From Candidatus Cloacimonadota bacterium (GTDB lineage: Bacteria > Cloacimonadota > Cloacimonadia > JGIOTU-2), in NCBI GenBank assembly GCA_049903315.1, contig JBNGBT010000001.1:1-64000 (forward strand): a stretch of 64,000 nucleotides of DNA. The letters are read 5' to 3'. This document shows positions 1 to 10,582 of this stretch, piece by piece. Each line of letters starts with the position of its first letter. The first letter of the stretch is position 1. The translations under genes were made by a program, and so were the position numbers. Below the pieces are notes generated by a model. That model saw nothing but the letters and a program-made list of their open reading frames with translations, did no database searches and was not told the origin of the DNA.

Positions 1-66
1 GACGAGTTAACACCAATGGAGAAATTAATAGCATATTTCTTCCCTAAAAGTGTAAACAACGCGTGA
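1..66 (+). CDS. possible 3' end of a gene entering from the left (DELTPMEKLIAYFFPKSVNNA*)
   Basis: Open frame from base 1 to TGA at 64-66, followed by AT-rich intergenic DNA; too short to identify. Confidence 0.3.
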   Translation, partial: DELTPMEKLIAYFFPKSVNNA

Positions 67-298
67 AAATCTTACAAATAATAAGTGTTCTTTTTAAATA
101 ATTGTATTGGGATTTGCTATTATAAAATGAGATCTGCAAAAAGGTAGTTGTTCTATTATTCTGATAAATGAAGTTGTTTTGAGTCGTATTCTAATGTGAT
201 GAATTTAAAAACAAATAAAAAACAAGTTAGATTATAAGTTATATTAATTAAGAGTACAATTAAGATTTTAAAAGCTCAAGAAGAGGAGACGAGTTTAT

Positions 299-1348
299 TT
301 AAAACCATTTCTTTTTCTTAAAATATCTAAGCATTACGATAAAAATACCAAGCATTACGGCAAGTGTGACAAAGTAACCCCATTTCCATTGAAGCTCGGG
401 CATAAATGCAAAGTTCATACCATAGATGCCAGCAATGAAGGTCAGGGGAATAAATATGGTCGCAATGATCGTGAGTACTTTCATTACTTCATTCATTTTA
501 TTGCTGATGCTGGATAGATAAATATCAAGTAAGCCGGAAACCATGTCGCGATATGATTCAATAGTGTCTATTACCTGTATAGTATGATCATATACATCCC
601 GCAGGTATACGTTGATGCTCTCATCAATGAGATCGCTTTCTGAGTGATGCATTGCGTTGATGACTTCACGTAAAGGCCAAATAGATTTTCTCAAATACAT
701 CATCATTCGCTTCATTCGATGAATAAGCTGCAGGGTACTAGTGGTGGGAGTTTTCACGACCTCATCTTCCAATTTTTCAATGGATTCGCCAACAGTCTCA
801 AGAATAACAAAATAGTGATCGATTATCGAATCAATAAGTGCATACATAAGATAATCTGCATGGAAGTTCCTGATACGTCCCTTTTTATTTCTGATGCGTT
901 GCCGAATTGCATCAAACACATCACCGCTGCGTTCCTGGAATGAAATCACATAGTCCTTCCCAAGTATGATACTCACTTGCTCTGCACTAATACTATCGTT
1001 CTTGTTACGATAGAGCATTTTCAGGACGAAATACATATAATCTCCAAAATCCTCAACTTTTGGTCGTTGCTCGGTGTTCATTATATCTTCAAGCAAAAGG
1101 GGATGCAGATTAAAATACTTACCAAAGTCTTCCATTACAGAAGCATCGTGAACGCCATCAACATTTATCCATGTAACTGTTGAAGTGTTTATGAACTCTT
1201 TGCATTCTTCGACGCTATTGAGAGTTTTCTCAGTAAAGTTGTCCGCATCATAATCCATGACGCTAATATGGACTTTTTCCATTTTTTTCTGACCGACATG
1301 TATAAGCGTACCGGAAGGTGTGCCGTGTTTTGAAATTATATCATTCAT
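299..1348 (-). CDS. corA: Mg2+/Co2+ transporter CorA
   Basis: GIYGMNF signature, MPEL loop, two C-terminal TM helices, HPLLLEDI and QRPKVE motifs. Confidence 0.95.
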   Translation of the reverse strand: MNDIISKHGTPSGTLIHVGQKKMEKVHISVMDYDADNFTEKTLNSVEECKEFINTSTVTWINVDGVHDASVMEDFGKYFNLHPLLLEDIMNTEQRPKVEDFGDYMYFVLKMLYRNKNDSISAEQVSIILGKDYVISFQERSGDVFDAIRQRIRNKKGRIRNFHADYLMYALIDSIIDHYFVILETVGESIEKLEDEVVKTPTTSTLQLIHRMKRMMMYLRKSIWPLREVINAMHHSESDLIDESINVYLRDVYDHTIQVIDTIESYRDMVSGLLDIYLSSISNKMNEVMKVLTIIATIFIPLTFIAGIYGMNFAFMPELQWKWGYFVTLAVMLGIFIVMLRYFKKKKWF

Positions 1349-1359
1349 ATTTCTCCTAG

Positions 1360-2781
1360 TTAATCTATATCTCCAAGTAAATATTCTTGCCCATATTGAA
1401 CAAATCCAAATACTGTCTTTTCATTATTACAATTCATGACTTCAAGACCAAACCAAGTATATTCCTCCTCATCAGTCAATAAAGATAATGCTTTATAGGA
1501 TTCTCCCTGGAAGAAATCATTGATCTGTTTAAGATAAGATGCTGCCATTTCGAGGTCATCCTCATTGGAAGGATCTAAGGGAGTTGGGATGCTTTTATAA
1601 GAAATGTACCTACAAAGTTCATCAAGCTGTTTGAAAACACAGGCATCAATTATATTCTGAAGTGTGATAAGAATGGTATCAGAATGTACAGTAGTAATAT
1701 CATTTTGTTCAAGGTATGGAAGCAGGGGACCGTCAAGATGAATACTGCTGAAAATTGCTGAAACAAGACTGACTTCTTTCTCATCGGGTTCGATGCTGAG
1801 ATTTAATGTATCTTGATCTATATCCAGAGAGAACGAATAATAATAATTTTCAAAAATTTGCTGTGGATAACGTTCTTTTTCTAGAATAAGCATATAACTG
1901 CGCCTGGTGCCTTCGTTGATAACGGATTGCGCTATGAAACCTCGGTTTGCATTGAAGATTTTGAGAATATCCGGTTCGAGCCGTCTGTCTTTTTCGGGAA
2001 TTAGATTTTCTTCAACGAAGAGTGCAACTTCAAGTTGAACAAATCCATCAAAGGTGAAATTATCCTCTTCAATTGCATAAGAAGCCATAAGGAGTGCACT
2101 CTGGTCTGGAGGTTCAAAATCTATTAAGCATTCAGTATTAACGCCGGATTTTATCCAATCAGAGGGTACGTTCATCTGCATCTGCATGAATTCCTGTGAG
2201 CTCATCTCACCATCATACTTTTGGGGTTCAAGCCATTTTGGAATTTCTGGTTTGTGTATCCTGTACACAACGATTTTTGTGACATGATCATTGTCATCCA
2301 AAAGGAATCCAATCCCGTCATCCCAGTAAGCGATCCCGTCCGTAAAGGTCTCAAAGTGAGTACCATACGCATTTACGACTTTCACCTTCGTATCTCCAAT
2401 TGCAACACCTTTATCGGTAAAAATGAATTTCTGAGGATCAGCTTCAACATGTATTTGATCGATGCGGAAGTTCATGTCTTTTCTATTGAACTCGCATACA
2501 AAAGTTATTGAGAAAGTCCCGGTATCATAAAAATATGTAAATGGAAGTTCCATATCCTCTCGAGGTGTACCGAGGAGTTCATACATTTCTTTTGGGGTAT
2601 CATATACTGTAATAAGTCCTGGGAATCCCACGCCCTGTTCGAGGTTGTTTCCCCGCAATACTATTTCGTACTGAGAAATTTCTTCAGATGTCTGAATAGT
2701 TTTTGCTGTCTTAATCTGATGAGCACAATATGTGAGTGCAAAGATCAGGAAGATCATAAGTATCGATTTATTCGTTTTCAT
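1360..2781 (-). CDS. hypothetical exported protein or lipoprotein
   Basis: 473 aa ORF; hydrophobic N-terminus with lipobox-like LTYC; GGA SD. Confidence 0.75.
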   Translation of the reverse strand: MKTNKSILMIFLIFALTYCAHQIKTAKTIQTSEEISQYEIVLRGNNLEQGVGFPGLITVYDTPKEMYELLGTPREDMELPFTYFYDTGTFSITFVCEFNRKDMNFRIDQIHVEADPQKFIFTDKGVAIGDTKVKVVNAYGTHFETFTDGIAYWDDGIGFLLDDNDHVTKIVVYRIHKPEIPKWLEPQKYDGEMSSQEFMQMQMNVPSDWIKSGVNTECLIDFEPPDQSALLMASYAIEEDNFTFDGFVQLEVALFVEENLIPEKDRRLEPDILKIFNANRGFIAQSVINEGTRRSYMLILEKERYPQQIFENYYYSFSLDIDQDTLNLSIEPDEKEVSLVSAIFSSIHLDGPLLPYLEQNDITTVHSDTILITLQNIIDACVFKQLDELCRYISYKSIPTPLDPSNEDDLEMAASYLKQINDFFQGESYKALSLLTDEEEYTWFGLEVMNCNNEKTVFGFVQYGQEYLLGDID

Positions 2782-2855
2782 GACTTTTTTTCCTTCGTTT
2801 TAATGTAAGATGTCATGCATTTCGGGTATCGCCAATTCTTCATGGTTTATAGCAA

Positions 2856-3527
2856 TTATACCCCACTCTCATTTTTAGAAGTGGGCATGGCTAAAGAACC
2901 TTTCCTTTCCAGTGGTCGATAATTCTTATATGTCCAAAGTGCGCTGAATATTCCAATATAAGCTCCAAAGAGTACATCGCTGGGATAGTGGGCTGTAACA
3001 ATCACTCTGCTTAAACATACTAATATTGCAACAGTAATAAATACAAAAGCCCATCGTTTGAAGATCAATGACATAGCAGTGAGTATTGAGAATATTCTCA
3101 AAGAATGCCCTGAAGGCGTAGAGTTCATAGCCCATTCTTTAGTAAAAAAGTGAAAACCATATTGTTCTTGCTCATAGAGCATGACAGGTCTATTTCTACC
3201 GAGGAATACCTTTAAACCTTCACCCACAACAAGTGCGATTGCAGCACACAAGGCAACATAGAGAAGCATTCTAGTCCAATGATGCTTTATTGTCGGATCA
3301 AAAATTAAAATGATGATGAAACACAATGCTACTGCAATCCTTATACATGATCCATCAGCCATATAAGACAAATAAGTGCCTGCATCGAAGATCCAGGTTG
3401 AGGAAAGATGACCATTAATCCATAGACTAATTGGTTTATCTAATAAAAAGAAAAAGATAAGATATAGAGTGAAAAGGATTCCGGTGTAGAGAATCGTTTT
3501 ATTTTCTAGATTATCCATATTTATCAA
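2856..3527 (-). CDS. PAP2-family phosphatase (membrane)
   Basis: KVFLGRNRP, PSGH and SRVIVTAHYPSDV catalytic motifs; several TM helices. Confidence 0.92.
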   Translation of the reverse strand: MINMDNLENKTILYTGILFTLYLIFFFLLDKPISLWINGHLSSTWIFDAGTYLSYMADGSCIRIAVALCFIIILIFDPTIKHHWTRMLLYVALCAAIALVVGEGLKVFLGRNRPVMLYEQEQYGFHFFTKEWAMNSTPSGHSLRIFSILTAMSLIFKRWAFVFITVAILVCLSRVIVTAHYPSDVLFGAYIGIFSALWTYKNYRPLERKGSLAMPTSKNESGV

Positions 3528-3536
3528 TTCCTCATA

Positions 3537-4823
3537 TTATTTGTTTTGTAAAATAAGAAGAATTGCTCTGGCTGCTTCAATTTTAACATACCAATCTTCA
3601 ACGAGAAGTAAAGGTTGAAGTACAAACACACCATTTTTATCTCCCAGTTCATTGAGAGAAAGCGCTGCCTCGATCTTGATGTTTGGATGAGGATCGTTCA
3701 GAAGGTTTGTAAGAGTTTCTTTTACCTCTTTCTTATTATAGAATCGCAGGAAACGGGTTGCTGTTTCCCGTACTTCATCATCAGGATCTTGAGTAGCTCT
3801 GAGCAGGAGTTGCCATGCCCAGTCTTGGTCAATATCACCGACGATCTCAACCACCGCATTCCTGATATTAAAGTCCTCGTGGTCTAAAAAATCATTTACC
3901 ATTTGAACTGCGTATTCATCACCCCAATGCGCAAGAAAGATCGTTGCAACCATACTCGTCGGAGTTGTTGAACCCGTAGACAAGTCATATAAATAGCTGA
4001 TATATGTTGTATCTTGAAGTCCCACGAGAAGTGTGCCTGCAAGGAGGAGCTTATATGCTTCAAGTTTATACTCATCAAACTCGATAACATTATCAAGATC
4101 TCCATTCTCTATTTTTTTGATTTCCTGTTGCGTGATATTCATGGCTTCTTGTAATTGTGATTCATCTCCAAGCTCAGAGATCGCCACAACTGCATCTGCT
4201 CTAATGAGGAGGAATGAGTCAGTCAATGCTTCCAGGAGGTGAGGAACTGCTTCTTTTGCATTACGCAGAGAAATCGCATTGATAGCATCATCACGTACAG
4301 AACCCGCCGGATCATTGAGCATATCTATGTAAATTGGAATAAAATCATCACTTCGTGCGAAGGTGAGTTCGTTAAGCATCATGTCTCGATTGTAGCTTGA
4401 TTCGTCAGCAAGGCCGATTTTGATGAATTCTAATGCCTCTTCTTTCCTGCCGAGTCTATACAATGCAACAGCTGATGCCTTCTGGGCAGTGAAATTAGGA
4501 TCAAAAGCAAGGGTGAATTCAAGATCAGGTATAGCAGTAGTATCTCCAATCGTACCAAGTGCTCTTGCAGCTTTCATAACTACAATGTCGTCTGGATCAT
4601 ACAGAGCTTCTATCAAACCAGGTACAAATGATGGATCCGCAATATCTCTCATCGCATCAATAGCTCTGCTTCGAACGAAATAATCATCGAGCAGCACTGC
4701 GTTTTTGAGCACATCCTTCGCTTCGTTCTGAAGTCCAACTCTCTCCTTTTTTGAAATTCCGGAAGCACACCCCACTATCAATATTACCAGGAACAAAGAC
4801 AGCAATTTTTGTCTTGCATTCAT
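3537..4823 (-). CDS. HEAT/PBS-lyase repeat lipoprotein
   Basis: Lipobox IVGC; repeated LxDpdxxVRxxAaxAL units. Confidence 0.85.
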   Translation of the reverse strand: MNARQKLLSLFLVILIVGCASGISKKERVGLQNEAKDVLKNAVLLDDYFVRSRAIDAMRDIADPSFVPGLIEALYDPDDIVVMKAARALGTIGDTTAIPDLEFTLAFDPNFTAQKASAVALYRLGRKEEALEFIKIGLADESSYNRDMMLNELTFARSDDFIPIYIDMLNDPAGSVRDDAINAISLRNAKEAVPHLLEALTDSFLLIRADAVVAISELGDESQLQEAMNITQQEIKKIENGDLDNVIEFDEYKLEAYKLLLAGTLLVGLQDTTYISYLYDLSTGSTTPTSMVATIFLAHWGDEYAVQMVNDFLDHEDFNIRNAVVEIVGDIDQDWAWQLLLRATQDPDDEVRETATRFLRFYNKKEVKETLTNLLNDPHPNIKIEAALSLNELGDKNGVFVLQPLLLVEDWYVKIEAARAILLILQNK

Positions 4824-4844
4824 TGAGTCCTCCGCGCAAGTTTT

Positions 4845-5291
4845 TTATTCTTTTATCACTCTATTATAAAGCTCCCTCAGAAATTCTAATCCTTTTTTGG
4901 ATATTTGCCTCGAGTATAACTCTCGGTTGAACATATAGACTATATGCTCACAACCCGGTTCAATATTGAACTTCATCCTTTCTGTGGTTCCACTATCTGC
5001 ATCACTCAGAAAGATGATCTCGCCGGAATACCCGCATTTATAGAATTCAGCAGTTTTTTTTGTGATGAATGACAGCACCCTCTCAATATTTTCGCGATCC
5101 ATAAAAGTCTGAGCCAGAACCGGCTTTATTCCTTTATGGTTTTGCCCTGTATTGAAGAGAATTTCCACTCGATCAGCATTATCCTGCATATACATTTTCA
5201 TGGCATAATCGATGGATGTGTCACATCCTGCGAGAAAAAGAAGCAATATTCCCAAATAAATAATGACCCTTTTCATGGCGTCCCCTTTCAT
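4845..5291 (-). CDS. hypothetical lipoprotein (start may be the second ATG, MKRVII)
   Basis: Lipobox LAGC after a hydrophobic stretch. Confidence 0.75.
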   Translation of the reverse strand: MKGDAMKRVIIYLGILLLFLAGCDTSIDYAMKMYMQDNADRVEILFNTGQNHKGIKPVLAQTFMDRENIERVLSFITKKTAEFYKCGYSGEIIFLSDADSGTTERMKFNIEPGCEHIVYMFNRELYSRQISKKGLEFLRELYNRVIKE

Positions 5292-5326
5292 GGCTTCCTC
5301 TAATTCCTTAATCAGGCTTTTGTAAA

Positions 5327-5356
5327 AATGTAAAATTTATAGATAAATACTGTCAA
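5327..5356 (-). promoter_or_regulatory. sigma70-like promoter TTGACA-N18-TACATT
   Basis: Consensus -35 and TAnnnT -10 just upstream of the lipoprotein gene run. Confidence 0.5.
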
Positions 5357-5398
5357 TATTTTACCCTTCATTTGATAAAAATATTTTTGAAGTCCTCC

Positions 5399-6625
5399 TT
5401 ACTTCTTTCTGATGACCTTTCCTTCTGCCATGACCATTGTGGGGAATGCACCCAAACGGAGTGGGTTTTTATCCCACACAACAAGACTTGCGAGCTTGCC
5501 CTGTTCAACGGTACCCAGAATATCATCTATATGAAGTATTTTTGCATTTTTGTAGGTAATGAGTGAGATCGCATCTTCCTCAGACATACCCTGTATCATG
5601 AAATATTTCAAACTGTCACGAAGTGCAATTGTGTGTATTACTGGATGATCTGTCATCAATCCATAAAATGCTTTTGATTGCATAAGAAGCAGCGTGTTCT
5701 GGTAATATGCATGCTTGAGTTCTACTTTGTATCCCACTGAACCAAGAGGTCCATATACCACAGGGATATCGTTCTTTGCAAGCTCATCAAAAATATCTTT
5801 ATGAAAGACATCCCCGGTATGGTCTGCGGTGCATTTGATCTTATATTTTTTTGCAAGATGAATGAGATACAGTACATCATCATCTTTGTGGACATGCACT
5901 TTTGAAGTATATTGGCCGGATAAAAGAGTGAGAAGAGCCTTGTCTTCCGGAGAGAATCCAAGTTCAAATTCTCGTTCAATTATTTTTTTATCTACATCGA
6001 AATCTTTCTTGCTGATTTTTTTCTTTTTATATTTTGCCTGAAGCTCGATGATCTTTTTATCTTTTGCGACTTCTGCCTTTTCCTGTTTAATAAGAACTTC
6101 ATCCAGCTTTTTTTCTAGAAGAGCATACACGCCCATTCGTGTATTTGAGCGCTCGCCTTTCCAGTCGGTTGTAGAGCGTGGATTAAATCCAAGCGCCATC
6201 TTAAAGCCATATGCTTTCAAAAATGCTTCATCACGATTTTTCCCGAAATTCTTGATGATCATTGCCTGTCCGCCAATGAGGTTTCCACTTCCGGGAACGA
6301 CGCAGCTATACAATACACCGAAATCTACTGCATCTTTGAATGCACGGTCATCAAAATAGATGCTGTCTATAGGGTTATCGAGCGGAAGTATCTGGTTTAT
6401 GATATCATTGGTTTCGGATTCTGTCCATGGCTCGCCTTCGCGGTCCATACCAATGTGAGAGTGTGCATCGATAAGAGCGGGAGTTACCCATCCTTCAAAA
6501 TCCGCTTTCATTTTTTTATCAGAGATATCAATGATTTTTTTGCCTTCAACTACAATGTATTTATTTTCTGCTTTTCCCTTTCCGTCAAAGAGTACGCTTG
6601 CTTTAATAATTTTCTGCTTTGCCAT
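5399..6625 (-). CDS. metal-dependent amidohydrolase
   Basis: PALIDAHSH (HxH), KMALGFNP, HVH, TDHP and GTVEQGKLASLVVW motifs. Confidence 0.9.
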   Translation of the reverse strand: MAKQKIIKASVLFDGKGKAENKYIVVEGKKIIDISDKKMKADFEGWVTPALIDAHSHIGMDREGEPWTESETNDIINQILPLDNPIDSIYFDDRAFKDAVDFGVLYSCVVPGSGNLIGGQAMIIKNFGKNRDEAFLKAYGFKMALGFNPRSTTDWKGERSNTRMGVYALLEKKLDEVLIKQEKAEVAKDKKIIELQAKYKKKKISKKDFDVDKKIIEREFELGFSPEDKALLTLLSGQYTSKVHVHKDDDVLYLIHLAKKYKIKCTADHTGDVFHKDIFDELAKNDIPVVYGPLGSVGYKVELKHAYYQNTLLLMQSKAFYGLMTDHPVIHTIALRDSLKYFMIQGMSEEDAISLITYKNAKILHIDDILGTVEQGKLASLVVWDKNPLRLGAFPTMVMAEGKVIRKK

Positions 6626-6636
6626 GTTTTCTCCTT

Positions 6637-7944
6637 TTATTTTGATGAAACGCTTATACTATCACACAAGATTGCAGGCATTCTTCCGCCCCAGCAGGGA
6701 TGAAGTCTGTTTTCAATAGCGATCACTTTTTTCAGGGTATCATAGACATTTCCTGCAACCATAACATCTTTTACGCGACCCACGATCTCGCCCTTCTCAA
6801 CATATAAGCCGGGACTGACACCGACAGAATAATCTCCATTTGGAATATTGCCGCTGTGCGCTCCCATGACACCATCCAGAATGATGCCTTTATCCATCAT
6901 TGCAACAAGTTCTTCGAATGATTTTTCACCTGGTTCTATTCGTGGATGACCCAGCCGAGGGGAAGGTTTTAATGTGATGCTGTCACCTCCCCACATAGTG
7001 GTTCGGTATCCATGTCCTGTTGATTTTTTTCCTAATTTTTGTGCGTAATTCAAATCATAAAAGAAGTTTTTGAGAACACCTTTTTCTATGATATTCATCT
7101 TTTTAGTAGGAACACCTTCGTCATCAAAACTGCGAGCTCCGGGAACCTCATCATTAAGGGGATCATCATAGAACGTGATACTCTCACTTACAATTTCTTT
7201 CCCGATATCATTTTTAATTGGTGAGATATCTTCATAGATGCTCTTTGCACTTGTACCGCTGTGCAGACGCCAAAGGAGTGTGTATATGCTTCCCGGCATA
7301 AAAAGTATTTTCATTTTACCTCCGGAGATCATACATACTTCAGAGGAATTATTATACATTTTCGCCAGATCACCAAGAATATTATGCGAGATGGAAAAGG
7401 GGATTTTCTCTTCATATACGCGGGAGATACCTGCACCACCGCCGGGATAAACCAAGCCGAGCCAGTATCCATTTGAACCCATTTTTGATTGCACGCCTGT
7501 TCCATGAGTATTCATGATCCTCACATTTTGAATCTCTTTATACGCAACAACTTCAATCTCTGCATCGGTATTCTTGAGAAACACATCGGCAATGCGCTGG
7601 CAGTTCTCAACCATGGTGGAGGATGTCACTTCTGCAAGATGATCATTATAGGTTTTGAGTTCGGGAAGATTGGAGGTTTTGGGAAAACCATAAAGTGCTT
7701 GTACTCCCCCTTTGAGTGAATTCAAAGCATTTTGAAGAAATTCTTCTCGATTGATAAGGTTCTTTGTGTAGGAGAAACCAAGTTTTCCATCCTTGATAAT
7801 ACGCAGAGCCATTCCGGACTGGAATTGGCTTTCAATATCATGGAGTTCGCCTTTTTGGAACATCACTTCGGATGCTGTCGGATCACAATAATATATTTCT
7901 GCCTGATCGCAGACTTTACGAGCCATGTCTAATAATTTTTCCAT
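6637..7944 (-). CDS. pmbA: TldD/PmbA family protein, PmbA/TldE-like subunit (likely start 7944, MEKLLD)
   Basis: FDDEGVP motif without HExxH; ATG overlaps the tldD stop (TAATG) and has a GGAGG SD. Confidence 0.88.
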   Translation of the reverse strand: MEKLLDMARKVCDQAEIYYCDPTASEVMFQKGELHDIESQFQSGMALRIIKDGKLGFSYTKNLINREEFLQNALNSLKGGVQALYGFPKTSNLPELKTYNDHLAEVTSSTMVENCQRIADVFLKNTDAEIEVVAYKEIQNVRIMNTHGTGVQSKMGSNGYWLGLVYPGGGAGISRVYEEKIPFSISHNILGDLAKMYNNSSEVCMISGGKMKILFMPGSIYTLLWRLHSGTSAKSIYEDISPIKNDIGKEIVSESITFYDDPLNDEVPGARSFDDEGVPTKKMNIIEKGVLKNFFYDLNYAQKLGKKSTGHGYRTTMWGGDSITLKPSPRLGHPRIEPGEKSFEELVAMMDKGIILDGVMGAHSGNIPNGDYSVGVSPGLYVEKGEIVGRVKDVMVAGNVYDTLKKVIAIENRLHPCWGGRMPAILCDSISVSSK

Positions 7945-9308
7945 TAGATACCTCCTAACACGACATTTTTCACAAGAATGTGAGGAGCTCCGTGGCATGA
8001 ACGTATATTAGTTTGTCCTTTGCCGCACCCGCCAGTTTTGGAAAGTTTCAGATCATTCCCAACTGCAGTGATATCCTGAAGAGTTTGATAAAGGTTGCCT
8101 GAAATATTAATGTCACGTATCATGCGTTCTTTCTTTCCGTTCTTTACGATAAAGCCATATTGGGCTCCGAATGTGAAATTTTCCCCAGACGTCTGGCCAC
8201 CTTTTGGATCAACAATGTAAAGCCCGTCACCAAGTTCTGCCATGAGCTGTTCGAAGGTTTTTTCTCGAGGTTCAATATAGATCGTTCCCATGCGTATTAT
8301 AGGGGCATAACGATAATCTTCTGCAACGCAGTGCCCTGATATCGGTTCTCCGAACTCTTGTGCGGTTCTGCGCGAATGCAGTCTGCTGGTAAGTACGCCG
8401 TTTGTTAAAAGTTTCACTTCACGTACAGCGACACCCTCGTCATCATATTTGTAGAATCCCAATTGATTTGGCATAGTTGCATTATCTATGATCGAGAGAA
8501 CATCACTGCCAAGCTTATTGCCGATTTGCATTTTTTTTCTCATTGCAGGAAGTGATTCCACAATATCTGCTTCGGAGAAGTGCCCGAAAGCTTCATGGGC
8601 AAATACTCCCGCAAGCCCCTGATTGAGAATACAATCATATGCACCGGCTTTGAGCGGTTCTGCTTTCAGAAGATCAATAACAATTTTTGTCCTTTTCTCG
8701 AAGATATCATCGAGATCACGAAGTGTATAAAAGCCGTCACTACCGCCTGCGCCGATACGAATATTCTGTACGAGGTTGCCTTCTTTGCTTGTGAGGTTTC
8801 CCCCAATGCCCGTTGTGACAAGGTCTTCATGAATTTCTGCCCCTTCTGATGACGTGAAATATTTCTCGCGGGTTACTTCAAAATATCGTGTATTCGTCAT
8901 CGCGATCTTGTCATGAGCCAATGGGATGTCATTGTAATGACGCAGCAATTGCAGCTTTTCTTCGATAGAAATGGTGCGCGGATCTTCTTTTAAAGTTGGC
9001 TTGAATGTATCTTTAATAATCGGCACTTTAGCAAGTTTGATCGGTTTTTCAATATTGTTGCCGAGGAGCACTGCATTTTCTTGCGCGGTTTTCAGCGCTT
9101 TTTCAGCATCTTCTTCTTTTGTAAAGGAAACGGAAGTAAAACCCCCGTTTTTGAGCACACGCACGACATATCCGTCTGTGGTAGTTGAGCCAATATTTGA
9201 GAGCTCTTTCCCATCGAGGGTAATGAAGGTTTCCTTCTTGATCTCGTAACGTATATCAGCATAGTCTGCATCTGCTTTTTGTAAAATATGCTTTAATTTC
9301 GATAGCAT
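7944..9308 (-). CDS. tldD: TldD metalloprotease subunit
   Basis: HEAFGH zinc motif, YDDEGV, RMGT and C-terminal GCGKGQ. Confidence 0.92.
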   Translation of the reverse strand: MLSKLKHILQKADADYADIRYEIKKETFITLDGKELSNIGSTTTDGYVVRVLKNGGFTSVSFTKEEDAEKALKTAQENAVLLGNNIEKPIKLAKVPIIKDTFKPTLKEDPRTISIEEKLQLLRHYNDIPLAHDKIAMTNTRYFEVTREKYFTSSEGAEIHEDLVTTGIGGNLTSKEGNLVQNIRIGAGGSDGFYTLRDLDDIFEKRTKIVIDLLKAEPLKAGAYDCILNQGLAGVFAHEAFGHFSEADIVESLPAMRKKMQIGNKLGSDVLSIIDNATMPNQLGFYKYDDEGVAVREVKLLTNGVLTSRLHSRRTAQEFGEPISGHCVAEDYRYAPIIRMGTIYIEPREKTFEQLMAELGDGLYIVDPKGGQTSGENFTFGAQYGFIVKNGKKERMIRDINISGNLYQTLQDITAVGNDLKLSKTGGCGKGQTNIRSCHGAPHILVKNVVLGGI

Positions 9309-9330
9309 AGGACCTCCTATCTTTGTCTGT

Positions 9331-9360
9331 AATGTACAGTATTTGATAAAAATAAGTCAA
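9331..9360 (-). promoter_or_regulatory. sigma70-like promoter TTGACT-N18-TACATT for the tldD operon
   Basis: -35 and -10 match upstream of the GGAGG SD of tldD. Confidence 0.5.
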
Positions 9361-9377
9361 TTTTTTATCATAAATAC

Positions 9378-9406
9378 AAAAAACCCGGCAGCGTTCACTA
9401 CCGGGT
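9378..9406 (-). terminator. rho-independent terminator
   Basis: Minus strand ACCCGGTAG-loop-CTGCCGGGT followed by a T-run, downstream of 9430..10434. Confidence 0.8.
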
Positions 9407-9429
9407 ATTATTATTTTTGAATGTTTCGA

Positions 9430-10434
9430 TTATTTGGGTGAGAATGCCGATGAACTTTGCGAAGTTGCAGGAATGTGTTGTTCAGCAGTTCCTTTAACCG
9501 CTTCTGGCGCAGACATATTGAAATACTGCCACCAAATCTCATTAGTGCCGTTAATAGAATCGTAGGTTACAAGACCAGCATAACCTGTCGGGAATGTTGC
9601 GTCAGTGAAGCTGTCTGTATAAATATCATTGAAGTAGAGGTCAAAAGTAGAGCCGTTTGCGACGACCTTGATTTTGGTAAATGCATAAAGTCCATAACCA
9701 ATATTATTTGTGTAAGTCCAATCAATGATCATTGTTTCAACGCCACCATCTTGAAGCCATACACTGTACTCACCAGTTGCGGCTACAGCGATTAAATAAC
9801 CATCAGCAGATTTAGAATCATAACTTAAGAAACCATTTGAACGAAGGAATAAACCAAAAGTGTAACCTATAGTTACATCACTTTCAATTCTTCCAACACG
9901 TGTTTCGATAGTATAGTCTTTGAATTCCTGGTTGTAGTAAGCATTTGCCCAAGAGTCGTTTTCCCATCCTTCCATAATGAGATTGCTGGTAGCGACATAC
10001 CAACGAGCATCTTCAAAGACGAAATTGTTCGCAACTCCATCAGAGAAGTCTTCAGTAAATCCCATAGTGGTGAAATTCCAGACAGGACCGGAAGTGCTGC
10101 CTTTTTGATCGTCATGAGCAACGATTTTCCAATAATATTTTGTCACATATCCTAATGCGCCAGGATTGAAGTTCGCAACATTAATATCTTGTGCCACCAG
10201 TTCGGCTGCACCCGGATTTGGGTTTGTCCCTAAATAAACATCGTAGGTAAGAGGATCACCCTCAGGATCTGTACATTCCCACTGAAGAAGCGGAGCGATG
10301 CCCAGATTCGTTGAATTGTCAGCCGGTGTGGGATTTGATGGGGCATTTGGTTTGTCATTTGAGCTGCCAGTAGTCTTACAGAAAGAAAGCATGGCAACGA
10401 GCATGACAACGAGAATTATTTTGATAAATTTCAT
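9430..10434 (-). CDS. lipoprotein with N-terminal Ig/FN3-like domain and C-terminal lectin/DUF1080-like beta-sandwich
   Basis: LSFC lipobox-like; DPEGDPLTYDVYLGT...YYWKIVAHD...GPVWNFTT; C-terminal FDLYFN...GYAGL pattern. Confidence 0.7.
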   Translation of the reverse strand: MKFIKIILVVMLVAMLSFCKTTGSSNDKPNAPSNPTPADNSTNLGIAPLLQWECTDPEGDPLTYDVYLGTNPNPGAAELVAQDINVANFNPGALGYVTKYYWKIVAHDDQKGSTSGPVWNFTTMGFTEDFSDGVANNFVFEDARWYVATSNLIMEGWENDSWANAYYNQEFKDYTIETRVGRIESDVTIGYTFGLFLRSNGFLSYDSKSADGYLIAVAATGEYSVWLQDGGVETMIIDWTYTNNIGYGLYAFTKIKVVANGSTFDLYFNDIYTDSFTDATFPTGYAGLVTYDSINGTNEIWWQYFNMSAPEAVKGTAEQHIPATSQSSSAFSPK

Positions 10435-10582
10435 TTTAACTCCTTGTTTTTATTGAAAACTTTAAAATTTTCAAAGTTATTTAACAGCTTGAAGTTGTTC
10501 ATGTCAACATTTTTAAAAATTATAAATTTGTACTTCATGCGTAGGTATAACAGTGCTTTGTGTCTTTCGCAAAGGAACGTTC

